Positions 21,939 through 32,690 are shown, counted from the stretch's first letter. The stretch: DNA of 64,000 nucleotides from an uncultured Alphaproteobacteria bacterium (GCA_963793165.1 CAWBYU010000009.1:191944-255943), one strand, 5' to 3'. Notes: a model not told the origin generated them from the letters alone. Numbers and translations are program-made.

Positions 21939-22718
21939 TCAGGCCTCGATCCGCAATTGGCGGATCTGCTCATTGACCACGGGATCCGTGGGGATGCGCG
22001 GGCGCGGAAGGTCTAACGTCTTGATGCTGCGGATACGGCCCGGCCTGGGGCTCATCATCACGATCCGATCGGCCAGGACGACGGCTTCTTCGACATCGTG
22101 GGTCACGAATAGAATCGTGGTGCCATTGATCTTCTGCAGACGCAGCAACTCGCCATGCATCTGACTGCGCGTCTGCGGATCGAGCTTCGAAAACGGCTCG
22201 TCCATCAGCAGGATACGTGGCTCGACCACCAGACTGCGCGCCAGTGCGACCCTGCTGCGCATTCCGCCGGATAGCTGATGCGGCCATGACTTTGCAAAAT
22301 CGGACAGGCCGACATGACCAAGCATCGAATCCGCTTTGGCCCGCCGCGCCGCCTTGCTCATGTTCTGAGCCTCGAGGCCGAAACCGACATTGGCGCGGAC
22401 ACTGCGCCACGGCAGCAGACGATCTTCCTGGAACATGTAGGCGATACGATCCTGGTCGCGTCGCTCGTGAATTCCTGCACCGTTTACACGGATGTCTCCG
22501 CGATCAGGCTTCAGCAAGCCCGCGATGATGTTGAGCAACGTGCTTTTTCCGCAGCCCGATGGCCCCAGCAGCGCGACGATCTCATTCTGAGACACGTCGA
22601 GCGAGATAGCTTCGAGGACTTTCAGCGAGTCGAAGCTCTTTTCGATTCCGCTCAATGTAATGACAGGCGGCGCGACGATCTGTTGAGGCGAAAAATTCAT
22701 CAAAGTGGCCTGTGGCAT
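21939..22718 (-). CDS. NitT/TauT ABC ATP-binding protein
   Basis: GPSGCGKST, LSGGM, LLMDEPF, VTHD. Confidence 0.92.
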   Translation of the reverse strand: MPQATLMNFSPQQIVAPPVITLSGIEKSFDSLKVLEAISLDVSQNEIVALLGPSGCGKSTLLNIIAGLLKPDRGDIRVNGAGIHERRDQDRIAYMFQEDRLLPWRSVRANVGFGLEAQNMSKAARRAKADSMLGHVGLSDFAKSWPHQLSGGMRSRVALARSLVVEPRILLMDEPFSKLDPQTRSQMHGELLRLQKINGTTILFVTHDVEEAVVLADRIVMMSPRPGRIRSIKTLDLPRPRIPTDPVVNEQIRQLRIEA

Positions 22719-23246
22719 CGATCTGGTCTAACGCTGGCGCATGTCGAGGCCGATCCGACCGCAGGCTTAGTGAAAAGGGATGAGGACGGAAAGGTATCTC
22801 GCCCGTCGGCGGGCAATAAGAACATCATTCCATTCCGCCATTGATTTCAGGCATTTTATTCGCAATGACGCCCGGATGAAAGGTGGAAAGTTCTCGGCGA
22901 CAATAGCGCGATCCGGAACTCAGGCGCATGCATCAAAAAGCGGCTCACTCTGACTTGGTCTGCGTCTTTAAGTGAAACCACGGCGCTCCCTTTGCTTATT
23001 AGTAGCAAAGCCGTTCAGCGCACCCTCTGAGACGCGTTGACTGCGCACTACGTAACATGCGAAATATTCTCGATAAATCAAGGAGTTAGAATGATTTTAT
23101 CTCGTTTCAACGTTGAGGCAGAAGTCTGTTCCGAATCTCACCTATCAAAAAGCAAATTTTCCTTCGCTCGTATTCTCGCTTCCTTGAAACGCACTAATCG
23201 CGAACCGCTGTTGCGCGCTCATCGTCTCAACAATGTCGGTCTCTTA

Positions 23247-24314
23247 ATGACCATGCAACTCGCAATGGCCGCGAGTTTCTTCGTGGCGTCTGAAGCATCC
23301 GCGCAGTCCGCGGACCGGGTCAAGGTCGGCCTGGCGATTCCGCCGACTGTGACGGATGGCGGGGTGCAGGCCATCGCGGATGAACTGGGCCTCTTCCGCG
23401 ATGAGAATCTCGAAGTCGAGTATGTGGTGCTGGCCGGTGCCGGCGCGCTGCTCCCGCAGCTCTTGCAGAAGAACATCACGATCGCGCTGCCGCTTCCGGA
23501 AACGCTGCTCTCCGCGCACAAGGCGGAAAGCCCCCCGCTGCCGGTGTCTTATTTCTATAACGCAGGTCCCTGGAATACGCTCGAGATCGCGGTCAAGGCG
23601 GACTCCGATATTCGCACGCTTGCCGATCTTCGCGGCAAGAGCATCGGCGTCGGCGCGCTGACCTGGGGGACGATCCCGCAAACCCGCGCGCTGCTCCGCT
23701 CGGTGGGGCTGACACCTGGACAAGACGTGCAAATCGTGGCGGTCGGCGTTCTCGGCGCGGGCTTTCACGCGCTGCGCGAGGACCGCGTCCAGGCGTTGAA
23801 CTTTAACAGCACCTGGGTCGATCTTTTGGAGCAGGAAGGCGTGCCGGCTCGCCGTCTCGCTTATCCGCCGGCCTTCCGCCAAATGGTGGTGAACGGCTAC
23901 ATCGCGCATCGTTCGACGCTCGTTGAAAATCCCGGCCTGCTGGAACGCTTCGGACGTGCCTGGACCAAGGCACTCGTCGTCTGCGACACCAATCCGCGAG
24001 CCTGTGTCGAGGCGTTCTGGCGCAAGACGCCCTCCGCTCGCCCGCAGGGCGATGCATCGGCCGCACTGGCGGCCAATGTTCGTCTGCTGCAGCGATGGAT
24101 CGAACCGCTGCTGCGCGACAGCGACCACAAGGCACGCGTGCCGGGCGCTTATGATCTCGGCGTCATCCGGACCTATGTCAAAGACATGCACAAGTACGGC
24201 GAGTTCGGGACGGAGGATATCCCTCTCGAAGCCTATTTCAGCAATGCTCTGGTTCCTGGCTTCTCGAAATTCGATCGCGACGCGCTGGTGACGCGCGCGC
24301 GCGCATTGCCGTGA
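23247..24314 (+). CDS. NitT/TauT ABC substrate-binding protein (start uncertain)
   Basis: Signal-like ..ASEASAQ; ELGLFRDENLEVE; SDIRTLADLRGKSIG. Confidence 0.82.
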   Translation: MTMQLAMAASFFVASEASAQSADRVKVGLAIPPTVTDGGVQAIADELGLFRDENLEVEYVVLAGAGALLPQLLQKNITIALPLPETLLSAHKAESPPLPVSYFYNAGPWNTLEIAVKADSDIRTLADLRGKSIGVGALTWGTIPQTRALLRSVGLTPGQDVQIVAVGVLGAGFHALREDRVQALNFNSTWVDLLEQEGVPARRLAYPPAFRQMVVNGYIAHRSTLVENPGLLERFGRAWTKALVVCDTNPRACVEAFWRKTPSARPQGDASAALAANVRLLQRWIEPLLRDSDHKARVPGAYDLGVIRTYVKDMHKYGEFGTEDIPLEAYFSNALVPGFSKFDRDALVTRARALP

Positions 24315-25120
24315 CGGTGAGTGCATCCAAGACAAAGCCTCAACGTCCGCTTGTCGTGTTGTCCGGTGTTCGCTTCGCCTATCCCGGGCGTTCAGGCGCC
24401 CCGGTGCTGGACGATCTGTCGCTCTCGGCCGGCGAGGGAGAATTCCTCGCCGTGCTGGGCCCGTCGGGCGGCGGCAAATCAACACTGCTGAAGCTGCTTG
24501 CCGGTCTCGCGGTGGCGCAGGCCGGAACCATCACGGTCGGTGATACGCCGATCACCCGGCCTCACCGCGATGTCGGCATGGTTTTCCAACGGCCGACGCT
24601 GCTGCCGTGGCGCAATGTGCGCGACAACATTCTGTTGCCGGCGGGCTTTGCGCGCAGCGCCGGCAAAACGGAACGCGAGCGCGCGGATGGCTTGCTCGCC
24701 ATGATCGGGCTGAGCGACAGCGCCGAGCTGTATCCTAATCAACTCTCGGGCGGCATGGCGCAGCGCGTCGGCCTTGCGCGAATGCTTCTGCACGATCCCC
24801 AATTGTTGCTGCTCGACGAGCCATTTTCGGCGCTCGATGCGATGACGCGCGAGCGGCTGGCGCTCGAATTGCAGCGGATCTGGATGACGGAGCGCCGAAC
24901 GGCGATCTTCGTCACGCATTCGATTCCCGAGGCACTGTTTCTGGCTGATCGCGTCGTCGTTCTCGCCGGGCGGCCGGCTCGCGTGCTGGCTGATCTGACA
25001 ATTGATCTGCCGCGTCCGCGCACGCTCGAAACGATGGGCACCCCGACATTCAATGCGCTGGCTCTCGAATTGCGTCGTCTCTTCGATGCCGTATCCGGCG
25101 AGCAGGGTTCGGCGCAATGA
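24311..25120 (+). CDS. ABC ATP-binding protein
   Basis: GPSGGGKST, LSGGM, LLLDEPF, VTHS. Confidence 0.92.
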   Translation: MTVSASKTKPQRPLVVLSGVRFAYPGRSGAPVLDDLSLSAGEGEFLAVLGPSGGGKSTLLKLLAGLAVAQAGTITVGDTPITRPHRDVGMVFQRPTLLPWRNVRDNILLPAGFARSAGKTERERADGLLAMIGLSDSAELYPNQLSGGMAQRVGLARMLLHDPQLLLLDEPFSALDAMTRERLALELQRIWMTERRTAIFVTHSIPEALFLADRVVVLAGRPARVLADLTIDLPRPRTLETMGTPTFNALALELRRLFDAVSGEQGSAQ

Positions 25121-25902
25121 AGTGGCTGAAAATCGGAATTCCGCCACTGGTTACGCTGCTGATCGTGCTCGGCGCCTGGAGTTACGCGACGCGGCCGGGC
25201 GGGTTGCCGTCTTATCTGCTGCCCAATCCGTCCGCCGTCGCGCAAGCCCTGTGGTCGGGATTGTCGACCGGAGAGTTCTTGCCGCACATCGTCTTCACGC
25301 TGTCGTCGACGCTCATCGGTTATACGATCGGCTCGATTCTGGCGGTCTGCGCCGGCGTGCTGGTGGCCGAGAGCGAACTCTTCGAGCGTTTCGTGTTCCC
25401 TTACATCGTCGCCATTCAGGCGACTCCGAAGGTCGCGCTCGCGCCGCTGATCCTCGTCTGGTTCGGCTTTGGGCTCGCGTCCAAAGTCGTGCTGGTCGCA
25501 TTGATCTGTTTCTTTCCACTGCTCGTGAACACAATCAGCGGTATCCGCCGAACCGACCCGGAACTGTTAGCGATGGCGCGATCGTTCTCGCGCCCGACTT
25601 GGTGGATATTTCTGCATATCAAGCTTCCCGCGGCCGCCAGTGCCATCTTTGCGGGGCTGGAGATCGGCATCGTGCTCGCGCTCATCGGCGCCGTTGTCGG
25701 CGAGTTCGTCGCCGCCGAGCGTGGCGTCGGCTACCTGATCGGATCTGCGACGGTGAACATGAATGTCGCCGTGATGTTCGCGGGGGTTCTCATCCTCGCG
25801 GTTTTTGGCGTGTTCAGCAGCCTGGCGGTCCGCTGGGTGCAAAGACGCGTCGTGTTCTGGGAGCAGCCGCCCAGTGACTTGCCAACAGGGGAGCGCCCAT
25901 GA
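25117..25902 (+). CDS. ABC permease
   Basis: PKVALAPL..WFGFG, GAVVGEF. Confidence 0.9.
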   Translation: MKWLKIGIPPLVTLLIVLGAWSYATRPGGLPSYLLPNPSAVAQALWSGLSTGEFLPHIVFTLSSTLIGYTIGSILAVCAGVLVAESELFERFVFPYIVAIQATPKVALAPLILVWFGFGLASKVVLVALICFFPLLVNTISGIRRTDPELLAMARSFSRPTWWIFLHIKLPAAASAIFAGLEIGIVLALIGAVVGEFVAAERGVGYLIGSATVNMNVAVMFAGVLILAVFGVFSSLAVRWVQRRVVFWEQPPSDLPTGERP

Positions 25903-27371
25903 CGTCATCATCCGACAAGATCGATCCGCACCTTGCCTTTGCATCGGCCACCGAGCTTCTCGGCCGCCTCGCGAGCAGGGAGTTCACCGCGAGGGAGCTG
26001 CTCGAATTCCATCTCGACCGCGTCGAGCGATTGAACGGTGAGATAAACGCCATCATCTTCACCGAACTTGCCGCAGCGCGTGCCCGCGCGGACGAGGCCG
26101 ATGCGGCGAGCGCTGAGGGCAGGTCCTGGGGGCCTCTCCACGGGTTGCCGATCACCGTGAAGGAGACCAACAACGTTGCCGGCTGGCCGACCACCTATGG
26201 CGATCCGGCACTGGCAGAATTCATTGCGCCGCACAGCGCTGTCGTCATCGAGCGATTGCAAGCCGCCGGTGCGATCATTTTCGGCAAGACCAATGTGCCC
26301 CTGAACGTGATCGACTGGCAGAGCTACAATGCGATCCACGGCACGACCCGAAATCCCTGGGATCTGGGGCGGACGCCCGGCGGTTCATCCGGCGGCTCAA
26401 GCGCGGCGCTGGCCGCCGGATTGACGTCGCTCGAACTCGGCAGCGATGCGGGAGGTTCGATCCGCTTTCCCGCGCATTATTGCGGCGTGTTCGGACACAA
26501 GCCCACGCCGGGCATCATTCCTTCTCTGGGCAACGAACGCCCCGGCAGCCTTCTCGACAATGATCTCGTGACCAGCGGGCCGATGGCGCGCTCGGTGGCC
26601 GACCTGTCGCTCGCGCTCGACATTCTCGCCGGGGCGGCCGGACCGGCGGCGGCAGGATGGCGCCTCGATCTGCCGCCGCCACGGGCGCTGCGGCTGAAGG
26701 ATTTCCGCGTCTCGGTGATCACCGACTCGCCCGTCGCCGAGGTGGACGAGCCGTATCGTGCCGCGATCCGGGCATTGGCCGCCAGACTGAGGGCGGAGGG
26801 CACCGAGGTGATCGAGGAGGCGTTGCCGTTTACCGATCATGCCGCACATCACGGGACCTACGTTCAACTGCTGCGCGGCTCTGCGTCGATCCGGGTGCCC
26901 GACGGCGCATTTGCAGAGGCCGTTCGCCGAAGTGAGGGGCAAAGCGGGAATACGAGCCCCTATGTGCTGCAGACGGCACGCGCTTATGCGCAACGTCACC
27001 GCGCCTGGATCCAGGCGGAGGAAGACCGGGCGAAGCTCAAGAAGGCCTGGGCCCGGTTTTTCGAAAAGGTCGATGTCGTCATTGCACCGGTCACCGTCAG
27101 CGCGGCGTTTCCGATCGACGAAGCCAAACCGCGCGAGGAGCGGTCGCTGCGCATCAACGGTCACGACGTGGATTACAATGATCAGCTGTTCTGGGCCGGG
27201 CTCGCCACGCTTCCCTCGTTGCCCGCGACTGCAGCGCCGATCGGTTTCGTCGATGGCTTGCCGGTCGGCGTGCAGGTGATCGGGCCGCATCTCCACGATC
27301 GCACGACGCTCGCCTTCGCCGCCGAACTCGAGCGGCTTCATCCGTTCGTGCCGCCGCCGTCTTTTGGATAA
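25899..27371 (+). CDS. Amidase (amidase-signature family)
   Basis: LHGLPITVKE, GKTNVP, PGGSSGGS, GSDAGGSIRFPA. Confidence 0.92.
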   Translation: MTSSSDKIDPHLAFASATELLGRLASREFTARELLEFHLDRVERLNGEINAIIFTELAAARARADEADAASAEGRSWGPLHGLPITVKETNNVAGWPTTYGDPALAEFIAPHSAVVIERLQAAGAIIFGKTNVPLNVIDWQSYNAIHGTTRNPWDLGRTPGGSSGGSSAALAAGLTSLELGSDAGGSIRFPAHYCGVFGHKPTPGIIPSLGNERPGSLLDNDLVTSGPMARSVADLSLALDILAGAAGPAAAGWRLDLPPPRALRLKDFRVSVITDSPVAEVDEPYRAAIRALAARLRAEGTEVIEEALPFTDHAAHHGTYVQLLRGSASIRVPDGAFAEAVRRSEGQSGNTSPYVLQTARAYAQRHRAWIQAEEDRAKLKKAWARFFEKVDVVIAPVTVSAAFPIDEAKPREERSLRINGHDVDYNDQLFWAGLATLPSLPATAAPIGFVDGLPVGVQVIGPHLHDRTTLAFAAELERLHPFVPPPSFG

Positions 27372-27405
27372 TTGGCCGGTTGGGCGAGGGATCGTGGGTC
27401 GACGC

Positions 27406-28329
27406 CTAGTTGCGGACGAGATCGCGGCCTTGTTGCTCGAGCCAATCGCAGAACACGGCGATATGCGGATCGGTCCGTCGCGCCTCCGGTAGATAGGCGA
27501 AGTAGCTTCGTGCCGAGAGACTGATGTCCGGAAACGGCGTCACCAATCGCCCGGCCGCGAGATCATCGGCGACCAACGCGGTCGGGCCCATCGCCACGCC
27601 GAGCCCATCGATCGCTGCCTGAATGGTCAGATAGAAATGATCGAAGGTCAGAGAGGCCTCCGGGCGAAGGGCGGGCGCTCCGGCTTCGACCAGCCAGTCG
27701 CGCCATAATCGCGGCATCGAGCTGGTATGAAGTAGCGTATGGCGAGACAAATCAGGGATCTCGGCCAGCGGAACCCGATCCAGGATGGCCGGATTGCACA
27801 CAGGCAGCCGTCGCTCCCCGAAGAGGAAACGCGAGGTGTAGCCGGGAAAGGTGTCCGGACCACCTCTGATCACAACGTCGAACAACTCTGCCAGGGCATC
27901 GATCGTCTCATTCGATGTACTCAAACGTACCTCGATGTCGGGATGCTCCGCACGAAAAGCGCCCATGCGTCGCAACAGCCATCGCAGACTGAAGGTCGCG
28001 AGCGCGTTCACATGCAGCGCGATGGATGGCGCGTCATGCCGTCTGGTTCGATGCTGCTGCACGGCAGCCGAAATGCGATCGAGCGCCGGTCCGAATTCGG
28101 TCAGCAGCGCCGCGCCGGCAGGCGTCAGCACGACCCGTCGGGATGAGCGCCGAAAAAGCGCCGGAGCACCTAACCAGTCTTCCAATAGCCGGATCTGTTG
28201 ACTGACGGCGCCATGGGTCACGCTGAGCTCGACGGCCGCCTCCTTTAGACTGCCGAGACGGGCGGCAGCCTCGAAGGCGCGGACCGCATTCAGCGGCGGC
28301 AGACTACGTCGTGGGACAAACATGGACAT
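27406..28329 (-). CDS. LysR regulator (GcvA-like)
   Basis: LPPLNAVRAFEAAARLGS..VTHGAVSQQIRLLE; divergent from the MFS gene. Confidence 0.92.
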   Translation of the reverse strand: MSMFVPRRSLPPLNAVRAFEAAARLGSLKEAAVELSVTHGAVSQQIRLLEDWLGAPALFRRSSRRVVLTPAGAALLTEFGPALDRISAAVQQHRTRRHDAPSIALHVNALATFSLRWLLRRMGAFRAEHPDIEVRLSTSNETIDALAELFDVVIRGGPDTFPGYTSRFLFGERRLPVCNPAILDRVPLAEIPDLSRHTLLHTSSMPRLWRDWLVEAGAPALRPEASLTFDHFYLTIQAAIDGLGVAMGPTALVADDLAAGRLVTPFPDISLSARSYFAYLPEARRTDPHIAVFCDWLEQQGRDLVRN

Positions 28330-28486
28330 GCTTGAGAATTTCTAACCCATCATCCGATTATTACTGATTTGTGACAGCCGCAAGTCTCGTTCATGATGAT
28401 TTTAGCGGCGCCCGGTCCCCCAAACTCCAGCTCTGTACGCAAATCCTTAGATTTTCTGCAATGTCCAGCGCGCCCCGGATGATCCC

Positions 28487-29728
28487 ATGACCCTCCCTGA
28501 GGCGTTGACACCCCCCATTACGGCTCCCCCGAACCGGCCCGGCGCCGCGCGAACGCTTGCACTGACCGGGCTCAATCACGCTCTGCACGACGGCTTCACC
28601 GACACGATCTACGTGCTGCTGCCGATCTGGCAGCCCGAATTCGCGCTGAGCTTCAGCGTACTTGCGATCTTGCGCGGTCTCTATTCCGGCACCATGGCGT
28701 GTCTGCAGATTCCGGCAGGGCATCTGGCGGAGCGGATCGACGCCAAACTCATTCTGTGCTGCGGCACGGCGCTGTCGGCGTTGGGCTACGCTCTCGCGGG
28801 CATCTCCGGCGGCATCGTCGGATTGAGCTTTGCGCTCGCGTTGGCAGGCGCAGGTTCGAGCACCCAACACCCTTTGGCGTCCGCCGCCGTTTCACGCGCC
28901 TATGGGCGCGCTGCGCGCAGGCCGCTTGGCGTCTACAATTTCACCGGCGATCTCGGAAAGGCGGCCATCCCGGCGCTCATGTCTCTGCTGCTCGTCAGCG
29001 TCGACTGGCGACACGCTGTATTCGCGCTTGCAGTCGCCGGCATCGCGGTGTCCATCTCGATGGCTGCGTGGATGCCGGCCGTCGGCAAGGGACATGCGGC
29101 AGATCCGAAGGAACGATCGAGCCGGACGGGTCAAAGTCCGGGCGGGTTCTACTGGCTCCTGGCGATCGGAATGCTCGATAGCGCCGTCAGAATGGGCTTC
29201 CTCACCTTTCTGCCATTTCTGCTGATCGGAAAAGGAGCGGCGCTTCCCACCAGCGGTTTTGCTCTGGCCCTTGTCTTCATCGGCGGGGCCGCCGGCAAGT
29301 TTGCTTGCGGCTGGCTTGGCGAGAGGTTCGGCACCCGGCGCACCGTTCTCTTCACCGAGGTTGCCACTGCCCTTCTGATTTTCGGCGTTCTGGTCCTGCC
29401 GCTTGTCCCGGCCATCGTGCTTCTGCCGGTGCTGGGGGTGATGCTCAACGGCACGTCATCGGTGCTGTATGGAACGGTTCCCGAACTGACCCCACCCAAT
29501 CGCACCGAGCGTGCATTCGCTTTGTTTTATACCGGCACCATCGGCGCGGGCGCCGGTGCCCCGGTTCTCTATGGTTTTCTGGGCGATGCGTTCGGACCCG
29601 CGACGGCAACGGCCGCGACCGCGATGACGGCGCTGGCGATCTGCCCGTTCATGATCGCCCTCTCAAGGCATCTAAGCGACGACATCGAAGTCGATGCGGG
29701 GTCGCATTCGTCTGGACAGAAGGCATGA
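28487..29728 (+). CDS. MFS transporter
   Basis: Multi-TM; HALHDG, GSSTQHP, GDLGK, GWLGERFG. Confidence 0.88.
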   Translation: MTLPEALTPPITAPPNRPGAARTLALTGLNHALHDGFTDTIYVLLPIWQPEFALSFSVLAILRGLYSGTMACLQIPAGHLAERIDAKLILCCGTALSALGYALAGISGGIVGLSFALALAGAGSSTQHPLASAAVSRAYGRAARRPLGVYNFTGDLGKAAIPALMSLLLVSVDWRHAVFALAVAGIAVSISMAAWMPAVGKGHAADPKERSSRTGQSPGGFYWLLAIGMLDSAVRMGFLTFLPFLLIGKGAALPTSGFALALVFIGGAAGKFACGWLGERFGTRRTVLFTEVATALLIFGVLVLPLVPAIVLLPVLGVMLNGTSSVLYGTVPELTPPNRTERAFALFYTGTIGAGAGAPVLYGFLGDAFGPATATAATAMTALAICPFMIALSRHLSDDIEVDAGSHSSGQKA

Positions 29729-29813
29729 CGCTGCCGGAAAGCCGGCAATGAGCCGGCAGCATTCAGTGGGTGCAGCCTGATCATTATCTCACCACCACAT
29801 GAAGGTTCGCTAA

Positions 29814-30576
29814 ATGGATACCGTCCCTCAGGCACCGCTGATTCTGATAACGGGTGGAGGTCGTGGCGTAGGCGCGGCGACGGCGCGGCTTGCTGCCGCA
29901 CAAGGTTACGATGTAGCGATCAGCTTCGTCTCCAACGAAGTCTGCCGCCCTTGGGGTGGCGGCTGATGTAGAAGCTCTCGGGCGCCGGGCTTTACCCGTG
30001 CGCGCTGATAGCGCGGATCCAGAACAGGTCGCTCAGCTATTCGCCACGATCGACCGAAAATTCGGCCGGATCGACGTACTGGTCAACAACGCCGCGGTAC
30101 TTGCGCGGCAGTCCCGGCTGGAGGATCTCGAATTCGAGCGGATGCGGCGTATCTTCGCGGTCAACTCGATCGGCCCTATCCTCTGTGCACAGCAAGCGGT
30201 GAAGCGGATGTCGTATCGTCACAACGGGCGGGGCGGCGTCGTGATCAACATCTCGTCGGCATCGGCCCGGCTCGGCAGTCCGGGTGAATATGTCGACTAC
30301 GCCGCGTCAAAGGGTGCCCTTGAGACATTCACTACCGGCTTCGCCAAGGAAGTCGCGCGGGAAGGGATACGCGTCAACTGCATTCGCCCTGGGCACATCT
30401 ACACTGACATGCATGCCAGCGGCGGAGAGCCGGGACGGGTGGATCGCGTCAAGGACTCGATCCCCATGGGAAGGGGCGGCCAGCCTGAAGAGGTTGCGCG
30501 GGCGATCCTATGGCTGGCAAGCGCCGAGGCCTCCTTCATCACCGGCACGTTCCTCGATGTCACTGGCGGCAAGTGA
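29814..30576 (+). CDS. SDR oxidoreductase, apparent +1 frameshift near 29938
   Basis: ATG 29814 frame gives LITGGGRGVG; second frame has LVNNA, YAASKG, GIRVNCIRPG; removing one A gives SNESAALGVAAD. Confidence 0.85.
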
Positions 30577-30659
30577 GCAACAGGGTTCGGCAAAGGCGCA
30601 ATGAAGACATCGGATTGGCGTTCGTCCTGGGAGGACAGGCCGCGCGGGATCAACGAAAA

Positions 30660-31557
30660 ATGCCGACGATTTAAACCAGCTTGCTCGAGATCGCCTACCG
30701 GGACGACGGCCCCCGGGACGCTCCGGTGGTTCTCCTCCTTCACGGCTGGCCCGACGATTTATCCACTTGGGATGCCATTATCCCGAGCTTGAACGATGCA
30801 GGATTGCGCACGATCGCGCCTACCACCCGCGGCTTCGGCGAGACGCGCTTCCTGTCGCCTGGTACCCCGCGCACGGGCAACGCCGCCATGTTGGCCCTCG
30901 ACGCGATCGAGATGCTGGACCGCCTTGGCGTAGCGAATTTCGCGGTCGCCGGGCACGACTGGGGTTCGAACATGACCGGGATGTTGGCGGCTGGCTGGCC
31001 CGACCGGGTCGACCGTATCGCCATGCTATCGTCGCCGCCGGCGCTGGGCGGGTTGCCTCCTCCGAGTCTCCGGCACGCGCGCCTGCAATGGTATCACTGG
31101 TTCCAGGCTACCAAGCGTGGCGCGCAGACGGTGCGCGACGACCGCAGGGGGTTCGCCCGTATCATGTGGGAGACATGGTCGCCGGAGGGTTGGTTCGACG
31201 ATGCTACCTTCGATCGGGTGGCAGCGTCGTTCGACAATCCCGACTGGGTCGATGTGACGCTGCACAGCTACCGCTCGCGCTGGGACGAAGCCGAGCCCGA
31301 TCCCGTCAGCAAATGGCTCCACGAGAAGGTGAAGGCGACCAAGGCGCTTGGGTTGCCGGCGATTTATTTCCAGGGAGAACTGGACGGGGTCAATCCGCCT
31401 GAGACGAGTGAGACGGTTGCAGAAAAATTCACCGGCCCGTTCGAGCGGATCGTGTTGCCTGGAGTTCGGCCACTTCCCCACGCGCGAGGCGCCAGCGGAG
31501 ATCGCGGCGCGTTTGGTGAAACACTTTAGTCCAGCACCATTGATGAATGGGCGCTGA
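30660..31557 (+). CDS. Alpha/beta hydrolase (epoxide hydrolase-like), in-frame TAA at codon 5 and +1 frameshift near 31465
   Basis: LLHGWPD, GFG, GHDWG; catalytic GHF..E lies in the shifted frame; MPTI*TSLLEIAY at 30660. Confidence 0.8.
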
Positions 31558-31762
31558 CTGCGGGCGTGCAAGTGATTGCGCACAGCCGAGCCGCTATTGC
31601 TTTTCGAGTTGGGACCTGCGGGACGATGGATGATCGATCATCTATGGAACCGGGTCCGCGCCGAGGTTTTTGATCCGTCTCCGGCTGAAGCAGGCCCGGC
31701 GGCGCCGAGAGGCGCGCCGAACCCGTTCATACCAACGTCAGATCAGGAAGCCGGAGCGGCGC

Positions 31763-32563
31763 TTACGCGACCCGGGGTGCCCTGTTGCGCGAGTTGCGCT
31801 GGAAGAACAGCGCCTGGCTGGCGACGGCGGATACCATCGCGGGCTGGAACGGTTTGGAGATCAGGAATGCCGGCTCCGGACGCTCGCCGGTCAGGAAGCG
31901 TTCGGGATAGGCGGTGATGAAGACCACCGGCACTTCGAACAACCGCAGCAACTCGTTGACGGCATCGAGGCCGGAGCTGCCGTCGGCCAACTGGATGTCG
32001 GCCAGGATCAGGCCCGGTTTCTTGTTCTTGGCCAGCGCCACGGCGTCCGAATGGGTGCGGGCGACGCCGATCACGTTGTGACCGAGGTTCTTGACCAGGC
32101 TCTCAAGGTCCATCGCAATGAAAGTCTCGTCCTCGATGATCAACACGTCGGTGGCGATCTCCGCCGCCATCTCGCGGCCTGCGGCATCGGCCAGCTTGCG
32201 GGTCTCGGCGACATCCTTGGCGAGGATGAAGGCCACTTCTTCCTCCGAGAAACCTTCCAGCGACAGCAGCAGGAAGGCCTGTCGCGGTAGCGGGGTAATG
32301 TTCGAGAGCCGGCGCTCCGAGGGCAGCGGCAGCGCCGTGACATCGGTATCGTCGTTGATCGAGACCGAATTCCAGATTTGCGTAAACAGCCGGAAAAGCC
32401 CGGCGCGGGCTCCGTGCTGCTCGTCCAGCAGGGCCGGATCCTGAAGCAGGGCTTCGAGCATGGCCCCCACATATGCGTCGCCGGACGCCTGGTTTCCCGT
32501 TAACGCACGGGCATAGCGGCGCAACAACGGTAAATGTTCAGCAACGAGCTGTGATCGGGACAT
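31763..32563 (-). CDS. phyR: PhyR anti-anti-sigma response regulator
   Basis: HLPLLRRYARALTG sigma-like domain plus receiver IIEDE..LADIQLADGSSG..KPF. Confidence 0.95.
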   Translation of the reverse strand: MSRSQLVAEHLPLLRRYARALTGNQASGDAYVGAMLEALLQDPALLDEQHGARAGLFRLFTQIWNSVSINDDTDVTALPLPSERRLSNITPLPRQAFLLLSLEGFSEEEVAFILAKDVAETRKLADAAGREMAAEIATDVLIIEDETFIAMDLESLVKNLGHNVIGVARTHSDAVALAKNKKPGLILADIQLADGSSGLDAVNELLRLFEVPVVFITAYPERFLTGERPEPAFLISKPFQPAMVSAVASQALFFQRNSRNRAPRVA

Positions 32564-32607
32564 CCCCACTCCATCATTGGCTTGAGTTCAAAATATCGGG
32601 TCCAACT

Positions 32608-32632
32608 AACGATAAAAGGGCGACCCGGTTCC
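32608..32632 (-). promoter_or_regulatory. sigma-EcfG promoter of phyR
   Basis: Minus strand GGAAC(32632-32628)-N16-CGTT(32611-32608). Confidence 0.82.
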
Positions 32633-32690
32633 CCTGCCAGTTGACTACGCCCAAGCCCGATAAAAGTTCCAGGAAAAGTTCCCTGGTTCC

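Noticed and set aside
31646-31670. Additional GGAAC sites (31646, also 8549 and 13648) as EcfG promoters
   Set aside because: No CGTT-like -10 box at 16-17 bp spacing.
31935-31945. PhyR ELLRLF as another GANTC-linked substitution
   Set aside because: Reverting TTG to TCG does not create GANTC; may be ordinary variation.
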